DNA from: Pseudomonadota bacterium
GTDB taxonomy: Bacteria > Pseudomonadota > Alphaproteobacteria > RF32 > CAG-239
Direction: 5' to 3'
NCBI GenBank assembly: GCA_018362935.1
Contig: JAHALQ010000001.1
Coordinates: 18,378-82,377 of the forward strand
DNA length: 64,000 nucleotides
Position 1 is the stretch's first letter; every line of letters begins with the position of its first letter. This document shows positions 58,236 through 64,000 of this stretch, piece by piece. The translations under genes and the position numbers were made by a program. Below the pieces are notes generated by a model. That model searched no databases, was not told the DNA's origin, and saw only the letters and a list, made by a program, of their open reading frames with translations.

Positions 58236-60254
58236 ATGGTTACAGAACAAGATGCCGGGGAAACGCCCCCCCAACCGGAAAGTTCTCCGCAGACAAACGC
58301 CGATATGGTTTCACTGATAAAAGAGCGGTTTGAAATACTTTACGACCAGCCGCTTCCGGAGCTGGATACCAACGGCGCCGCCGCTTATGAGGCAAAAGAC
58401 AAAATCAATCCTCAGCGGCAGCTTTTTGCTCTTGTCTGCAGCAATGAATATTCGCCTCGGCTCTCAATGCTCCCGTATCTCAAAGCGATAGACCATCCCA
58501 ATCTTCTCAAACTTGTTGAATACAGCACCGTTTACTATACGCCGAAAAAATCTTACAACATGGCTCTTATTTATGCCAAACCTTCAGGCCCGAAAGTCTC
58601 AGACGCGGTCGATCCCGACAAGATGAATACCGCCCGCTTCAAGTCGCTGGTGTTGTCTTTGGGCTCGGCTTGCGAAGTGCTCAAGAATTATAACCTGACC
58701 CACCGCGCCATCCGCTTGGACAATATTTTCTACAAAGACGCCTCCTGCGAGGAATTTGTGCTTGGCGACTGTGCCGCCTCTTTCCCGGGACTGTACCAAC
58801 CCTCGGCTTACGAAACAATCAACAATATGCTGGCGCTTCCGCAGGCGCGCGGCAACGGTGTCAGCAGTGATGACATGTATTCCGTCGGCGTCGTTATGCT
58901 GGCGAGCGTCCTCGGACATGAAATCACTTCTCCCCTGACCAACGCCGAACTTATCAACCTCAAACTTAAAAAAGGTTCGTTTGTCGCCCTTTCCGACAAT
59001 GAAAAAATGAGCGCCCACTTTTCGCCCGTCATAAAAGCGCTGCTGGAAGATAACGGCGATATCCGCTGGAATCACATGCAGGTATACAATTTTCTGGAAG
59101 GCAAAACCACCAGCTTTACCTCCGGCGAAGTTTTTGAACGTTCGGCCAAGGCTCTGATTATCAACGGCGAAAAATTTTACAGTGTCAAATCCGCTGTTCT
59201 GGCCATGCTTGACTATCAGGAAGACGCCGTCGCCGTTATAAAGAACGGCAAACTGCTCGAATGGATAAAAAACGGCCTCGAAAATGAAAAGCTTCATGCC
59301 AAAATTGATAAAATTGTCACGCAAAACAAAGAAAAAGAAGACACCAGATTTCTTGTCGAGCAGGTCTGTATTGTTTTGGATCCCGGCATGCCGATTAAGA
59401 CCGGCGATATCTTTGTCTTTCCGGGCGGCATACCCAAAGCTGTTTTTTATTATCTTAAAAACGGCAAAAATCTGGATGTCTTTTACAGCCTGCTCGGCAG
59501 CGACCTTATCAAACTTTGGTATCAGGAGCAGCCGACGCTCCATTCGCCGGCCAACAGCAGCGAATTTAAGGCCTATATTGCACGCAGCGACTACGGATAC
59601 GGCATAGACCGCATCATGTATGATTTCGATGATGATTTGCCCTGCACCAGCCCCCTGCTCGGCAGCGAGTTCGTCAACACCCCGGCCAAACTTCTCCGGG
59701 CGTTGGATGACAATTACGCCAAGTTTAAGGACTCCGCTCCTTTTGATAAAAACATCATCGCATATCTGCGCTGCAAAATGGGCAAAAAAATTGACGGCCT
59801 TCTCACGGACATCAACGCGCATCAGGATGCCCTGCAAATGAGCGCCGTTTTGCGGCTGTACGCTTCCATACAAAACAAAACCGGGCCTGTGCAGGTTGTC
59901 AATTTATGCCAGTGGCTGGTAAATTTTTCCAAGCCGGTCATCCTGAGTTATCACAATATCAAATACCAGAAATACCTGGAACACGAACTGGTAAAAATTG
60001 CCAAAAACGGTAAAATTATAGAGTTATGCAATATACTTGAAGATGACGACGCGCGCCAGAAAGATCGCAGCGAATACAGCGACGCCCTCAAAAAAATCAA
60101 CTTATTGATGTCCGAACGCAACCGTATATTGTCCGGCAGTTCCAAACTCGACGACGAAGCCCGGGATTTGGCGCTGCGTTTTGCGGCCATCCTTTCTGTT
60201 TTAACCATGCTGAGCTCATTTGTACTCAGCCTTTTATACTGGGCACTCAAATGA
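58236..60254 (+). CDS. Large membrane-anchored protein with an N-terminal eukaryotic-like protein-kinase fold that has degenerate catalytic motifs (a pseudokinase).
   Basis: Kinase landmarks are present: HPNLLKL (subdomain IV), HRAIRLDN in place of HRDLKPxN, LGDCA in place of DFG, SDDMYSVGVVMLASVLG (subdomain IX). Beyond that there is a 350-aa unknown region and a C-terminal TM helix. Confidence 0.5.
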   Translation: MVTEQDAGETPPQPESSPQTNADMVSLIKERFEILYDQPLPELDTNGAAAYEAKDKINPQRQLFALVCSNEYSPRLSMLPYLKAIDHPNLLKLVEYSTVYYTPKKSYNMALIYAKPSGPKVSDAVDPDKMNTARFKSLVLSLGSACEVLKNYNLTHRAIRLDNIFYKDASCEEFVLGDCAASFPGLYQPSAYETINNMLALPQARGNGVSSDDMYSVGVVMLASVLGHEITSPLTNAELINLKLKKGSFVALSDNEKMSAHFSPVIKALLEDNGDIRWNHMQVYNFLEGKTTSFTSGEVFERSAKALIINGEKFYSVKSAVLAMLDYQEDAVAVIKNGKLLEWIKNGLENEKLHAKIDKIVTQNKEKEDTRFLVEQVCIVLDPGMPIKTGDIFVFPGGIPKAVFYYLKNGKNLDVFYSLLGSDLIKLWYQEQPTLHSPANSSEFKAYIARSDYGYGIDRIMYDFDDDLPCTSPLLGSEFVNTPAKLLRALDDNYAKFKDSAPFDKNIIAYLRCKMGKKIDGLLTDINAHQDALQMSAVLRLYASIQNKTGPVQVVNLCQWLVNFSKPVILSYHNIKYQKYLEHELVKIAKNGKIIELCNILEDDDARQKDRSEYSDALKKINLLMSERNRILSGSSKLDDEARDLALRFAAILSVLTMLSSFVLSLLYWALK

Positions 60255-60730
60255 TAAAACCCCTGCAAAGGAATAATTCCCACAACAAACCCAAATTCAG
60301 GCTTAATTTTGTGCAAAAGCTTCTGCTCATATTCGGCGTCATCATACTGGCTTTTTCTTCGCTGCCGATAATGGTTGTTCTGCTTATCGGCCTTTTGCCG
60401 ACACTGACGATTATCCTGACGGATCCGCGCAACTCCAACAAACTGACAATCGTAGGCTGCCTGAATTTTTCCGGCGTTTTTATCTGTCTTGTTCGGATAT
60501 TCAACCAGTATGCCGCAGGCATCCCGGTTTCGATTATGGGAAATATTTTCAATATTGTCATAATGCTCGGGTTTGCGGCACTGGGCGTCATTTTTTACTA
60601 TGAACTGCCCAACCTTTTTATTGTCATATCCAAAGCCTCGGCTCAACGGCGCCTGCACAGTATCGACAATAAGCTTGAAAAACTGACCCAGGAATGGGGC
60701 AGTGACGTCATTTCCGACCTCGTAAAATAA
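60251..60730 (+). CDS. Polytopic small membrane protein, coupled to the pseudokinase gene by an ATGA overlap.
   Basis: 159 aa with four hydrophobic helices. The 235-aa antisense ORF is low-complexity junk. Confidence 0.45.
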   Translation: MIKPLQRNNSHNKPKFRLNFVQKLLLIFGVIILAFSSLPIMVVLLIGLLPTLTIILTDPRNSNKLTIVGCLNFSGVFICLVRIFNQYAAGIPVSIMGNIFNIVIMLGFAALGVIFYYELPNLFIVISKASAQRRLHSIDNKLEKLTQEWGSDVISDLVK

Positions 60731-60740
60731 AATTTATAAT

Positions 60741-60778
60741 AAAACGGCGGAAAGAAAATATTTCTTCCGCCGTTTTGC
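60741..60778. terminator. Bidirectional terminator.
   Basis: AACGGCGGAAAGAAA-ata-TTTCTTCCGCCGTT plus TTG. Confidence 0.55.
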
Positions 60779-60782
60779 CGTC

Positions 60783-61658
60783 TTACATATATTTTTCGAT
60801 ATTTTTGGTTATTTTCCGAATAGAATTCAGCTCGATTTGGCGGACTCTTTCCTTGGATATGGCATAGGTCTTGCTGAGCTCGTCCAGAGTAACGGCTTTT
60901 TCGTACAACCGGCGTTTGAACAAAATGTCTTTTTCTCTTTTATTCAGGCATACCAGCGCTTTGTTAAACAAATCGCGGCGATACTTCATGGTTTCGGAAT
61001 AAGCCAGCGTTTCTTCCTGAGTCGGTTTGTTGTCGGCAATAAAATCCATCCATTCGGCGCCGCTCTCGGCAGAGTTGTCAATAACCGAATTAAGCGAGCC
61101 GTCATGCGCTTTCAGCCGGGTATTCATGTCTTTGACATCCTGCACGCTGACATCCAGCGAAGCCGCGATATTTTCCAAAACGTCATTTGACATTTCGCGG
61201 TCATCGTTAAGCTTTAGTTTGTTTTTGATTTTGCGCAGATTGAAAAACAGTTTTTTCTGCGCCGAGGTTGTGCCGATTTTCACCAAAGACCATGAATTCA
61301 AAATATATTTTTGCACCGCCGCCTTAATCCACCACAACGCATAGGTCGAAAACCGAAAACCTTTTTCAGGCTCAAATTTTTCTATGGCATATAACAGGCC
61401 GATGTTGCCTTCGGAAATCATTTCGGCCATAGACAGGCCGTACCCGCGGTATTTGGAAACGACTTTGACGACCAGCCGCAAATGCGAGGTGACCAGTATT
61501 TTGGCAATTTCCTGATTTTTCGTTTGCTGATATTTCACGGCCAAATCATATTCTTCGTCTTGCGACAGAATGGGATACTTGCGAATTCTCTGCATGTACC
61601 GGACCATATTAAGCTCCGGCGAGAAATCGATGCCGTTCAGACCTAGAACATTATCCAT
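60783..61658 (-). CDS. rpoH: RNA polymerase sigma-32 (heat shock) factor.
   Basis: Sigma-70 regions 2 to 4 plus the RpoH box (QKKLFFNLRK). Confidence 0.9.
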   Translation of the reverse strand: MDNVLGLNGIDFSPELNMVRYMQRIRKYPILSQDEEYDLAVKYQQTKNQEIAKILVTSHLRLVVKVVSKYRGYGLSMAEMISEGNIGLLYAIEKFEPEKGFRFSTYALWWIKAAVQKYILNSWSLVKIGTTSAQKKLFFNLRKIKNKLKLNDDREMSNDVLENIAASLDVSVQDVKDMNTRLKAHDGSLNSVIDNSAESGAEWMDFIADNKPTQEETLAYSETMKYRRDLFNKALVCLNKREKDILFKRRLYEKAVTLDELSKTYAISKERVRQIELNSIRKITKNIEKYM

Positions 61659-61788
61659 AATCTTTTTACTCCCATAACAATTACTTCAGAAGTTCAAAGT
61701 TCAGTCGTTCGAGTCCAGATTGGTCAGAGTCAAAACTAGAGAAAAAATTTTTAAACGCAACCTATACTTTGGTAGTATAAGCAGATTC

Positions 61789-62760
61789 TTATATAGACTC
61801 CAGCTCGCTTATAAGGCCGGCGAAATCTTCCGGAAATTCAGAACGGAAGCTCACAAATTCGCGGCTTTGCGGATGGATAAAGCCCAGGCTTGCGGCATGC
61901 AGCGCCTGCCTCGGAAAATGATTGATATATTCCCTTTTTGCGGCCGGAATATTTTTATTGGTAATTTTTTTGGGTTTGACGTAAAGCTGGTCGCCGATAA
62001 GGTGGCAGCCGAGTCCGGACATATGAACCCGGATTTGGTGGGTACGCCCTGTTTCCAGATTACATTTGACAAGACTTGCTTCATTTTTATAAATTTCCAG
62101 AGTTTCATAATGCGTAACCGCGTGTTTGCCGTTTTTTTTCACCGAAGCCATTTTTTTGCGGTCATACGGGCTTCGACCGATATCTGAGTCTACCGTGCCT
62201 TTCAAGGGGTTGGGCACTCCGAACACCGCTGCATAATAAGTCCGTTCGATTGAATGCTCGGCAAACTGTTCGCACAAAAATTTATGGGCATTGTCATTTT
62301 TGGCAACAACCAGCAGCCCGGAAGTATCTTTGTCAATCCGGTGGACAATCCCCGGCCGCTTCACGCCGCCGATGCCGGACAAATCGCGGCAGTGGAACAG
62401 CAGCGCGTTGACCAGCGTATGATTGGGCGACCCCGGCGCCGGATGCACGGTCATGCCGGCCGGTTTGTTGACCACGATAAGATGCTCGTCCTCATAGACC
62501 ACGTCAAGGGGAATATTTTCCGGCTCCGGTTCGGCATCGACGGCTTCGGGAACCATCAGCTGATAAATCTCGCCCTCTTTGACCTTGTAAGCGTTGTCGC
62601 CGATAACGTTTTCATCGCAGATAACGTTTCCTTCGTCAATCAGCCGTTGAATCTGCGACCGCGAAATATCGCCGAAACAGTCCGCCAAAAATTTGTCGAT
62701 TCGTTTGCCTTTATAATCTTTGTTAACCATTGGTGTGGTATAAGTATTGATATCTGACAT
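61789..62760 (-). CDS. rluD: 23S rRNA pseudouridine synthase RluD (RluA family).
   Basis: S4 domain, HRIDKDTSGLLVVAKN catalytic motif. rluD-rpoH adjacency is typical of alphaproteobacteria. Confidence 0.85.
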   Translation of the reverse strand: MSDINTYTTPMVNKDYKGKRIDKFLADCFGDISRSQIQRLIDEGNVICDENVIGDNAYKVKEGEIYQLMVPEAVDAEPEPENIPLDVVYEDEHLIVVNKPAGMTVHPAPGSPNHTLVNALLFHCRDLSGIGGVKRPGIVHRIDKDTSGLLVVAKNDNAHKFLCEQFAEHSIERTYYAAVFGVPNPLKGTVDSDIGRSPYDRKKMASVKKNGKHAVTHYETLEIYKNEASLVKCNLETGRTHQIRVHMSGLGCHLIGDQLYVKPKKITNKNIPAAKREYINHFPRQALHAASLGFIHPQSREFVSFRSEFPEDFAGLISELESI

Positions 62761-62835
62761 AAATCAAAGCCTTGATACAAAGTTATTTTAGCCTATAATA
62801 GAATTAAAATTCCAACTTGCAAGAAAGATTAGCCC

Positions 62836-63117
62836 ATGGACAAACTCAAACTGATAAAATTTGCAGTCGTCGTTTTAACTTTTTTAATTGTTTTCGGAAT
62901 GCTCAGCGCCGCCGGAATAATCTATAAAAAAACCCGCGTGCCGGAAATTCCCGCGGCCGCCGTCAGTTTGGCGCAGCCTACCGGATCAACGATTGAAAAT
63001 TATAAAATTACCGACTCAAACCTGTTTGTTCTTGTCAAAAACGGCGGCCTGCCTGACCGGATAATCGTTATAAACCCCCGTCAGCCGCAAAACCGGACCG
63101 TCATCAACATCAACTAG
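62836..63117 (+). CDS. Small N-terminally anchored hypothetical protein.
   Basis: 93 aa, one TM helix, no motif. Confidence 0.4.
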   Translation: MDKLKLIKFAVVVLTFLIVFGMLSAAGIIYKKTRVPEIPAAAVSLAQPTGSTIENYKITDSNLFVLVKNGGLPDRIIVINPRQPQNRTVININ

Positions 63118-63127
63118 GAGATAAAGT

Positions 63128-64000
63128 ATGTCCGATACCAACAACATCCATGATGAAGTCGCCGGTTTTCTGAATGATAATCCTCCGGCCGCGCCTGATG
63201 ATGATTTTGACCTTTTGCTTGACAACTTTATCGCCCGGCAGATGGAAGAAGCGCAGGACAACATCAACGAAACCGAAGAACTCAAGCAGCAAAATAAAGA
63301 AGAAGTCGTTTCTGACACTGACGACGAATATGCCGCCAACCTGCCGACAGAAGAAAAACAACTTTATAATGCTTACCGCTCTTTTGCAGGGGCAATCATC
63401 GCCTCGGCTCAGGCCGGAAATGTCGAAGCGCCTGTTTTCAGTTTTGAGGCACAAGATATCTATCCGCGTTTCCGCCCCAGCCGCATCAACCGGCTGAACG
63501 AAGACATTTTTGCCGGCTGGCGTCTGCTGCTGGCGGTACAGCCGGTTCGGCTCTCCAGCCTGCCGCCCAATCCCTCGGACGAACAAATCTTAAATTTTGC
63601 CGAAAAAACCACCGATGAAAATCTTCAGGCCGCCCTGATATCCTACGTCGAAGTTCTGATTGAACTTGACGGCTGCGAAATAGCCTATAACATGCGCAAA
63701 GCCAAAGCCAAAAAACGCAAAATCGAACGCCAAATAATTGAAGAACACAACCGGCGCAAAGAACGCATGCAGAAATACATTGCCGCTATTCAGGCCAAAA
63801 AATTTCCGATAGATGCCGAAAGGCTGGTTGCCAATTATTTCAAAACCGCCCGCAAAGATCCCGACGGCGCCCAAAAAATTCTCGAAAACAACCCCGCGAC
63901 CTATGCGCCGATAGAAATTGACAAAATTCCGCCGCGTTTCTTCGGCATGATTAAGCCGAAGCCGGAAGACGGTATTCGTGTCAACAAACAAATCGGCGAA
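63128..64000 (+). CDS. Hypothetical protein, partial; it runs off the window end. Acidic N-terminus, basic helical C-terminal part.
   Basis: AGGAG Shine-Dalgarno, ATG at 63128, open for 873 nt to the window end (MSDTNNIHDEVAGFLNDNPPAAPDDDFDLL...). Absent from the track because no stop lies within the window. Confidence 0.45.
   Translation, partial: MSDTNNIHDEVAGFLNDNPPAAPDDDFDLLLDNFIARQMEEAQDNINETEELKQQNKEEVVSDTDDEYAANLPTEEKQLYNAYRSFAGAIIASAQAGNVEAPVFSFEAQDIYPRFRPSRINRLNEDIFAGWRLLLAVQPVRLSSLPPNPSDEQILNFAEKTTDENLQAALISYVEVLIELDGCEIAYNMRKAKAKKRKIERQIIEEHNRRKERMQKYIAAIQAKKFPIDAERLVANYFKTARKDPDGAQKILENNPATYAPIEIDKIPPRFFGMIKPKPEDGIRVNKQIGE

Noticed and set aside
59951-60658. 235-aa minus-strand ORF
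   Set aside because: Low-complexity R/S/Q-rich translation. The overlapping + strand gene gives a clean 4-TM membrane protein coupled to the upstream gene.
61659-61788. Repeated GTTCA/GACTC motifs upstream of rpoH
   Set aside because: Irregular spacing. I cannot distinguish them from ordinary promoter sequence. They may simply be the rpoH P1/P2 region.
63110-63991. Two minus-strand ORFs (158 and 133 aa)
   Set aside because: The + strand frame from the ATG at 63128 is open to the window end and has an AGGAG ribosome-binding site. The minus frames look like antisense artefacts.
1-64000. CRISPR arrays, rRNA genes, transposases, integrases, toxin-antitoxin pairs
   Set aside because: None found on reading both strands. 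The only recombinase is a canonical XerD sitting among core genes.

Overview
The window reads as core chromosome of an alphaproteobacterium-like organism (about 50% GC). It carries an alphaproteobacterial-type addB-addA pair, the rluD-rpoH pair, and the lnt / XRE-HTH / metK / trmB / mnmA block. Most of it is densely packed housekeeping genes: leuS (partial), rsmB, trxA, addBA, rdgB, rph, grpE, lptFG/lptD/surA/ksgA, nth, tsaD, aroK, xerD, folD, miaB/phoH/ybeY/corC/lnt, metK, trmB, mnmA, dps, rpmB, dnaB, rpoH and rluD. One tRNA-Arg(CCG) is present. No rRNA, CRISPR array, transposase or integrase was seen.

Several things stand out:
- A complete trimeric hydrogenase operon (hydC-hydB-hydA) with textbook [FeFe]-hydrogenase H-cluster motifs. 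This implies anaerobic H2 metabolism.
- A glycogen-synthase-like gene (679 aa) with a long N-terminal extension.
- A conserved about 25-nt hairpin core found twice, downstream of glgA and of hydA.
- The tRNA-Arg locus, which carries three copies of the tRNA 3' end and two about 98-bp direct repeats. These look like att-like scars.
- Several blocks of uncharacterised genes: a strongly expressed-looking protein made of two tandem about 82-aa domains, an orphan receiver-domain protein, a coiled-coil plus TerB-like pair, tandem YcgN paralogs, and a large membrane-anchored pseudokinase-like protein translationally coupled to a small membrane protein.

Many long antisense ORFs in the six-frame track are artefacts opposite recognisable genes. 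Coordinates that I derived by hand from the sequence, rather than from the ORF track, are accurate to about +/-2 nt.
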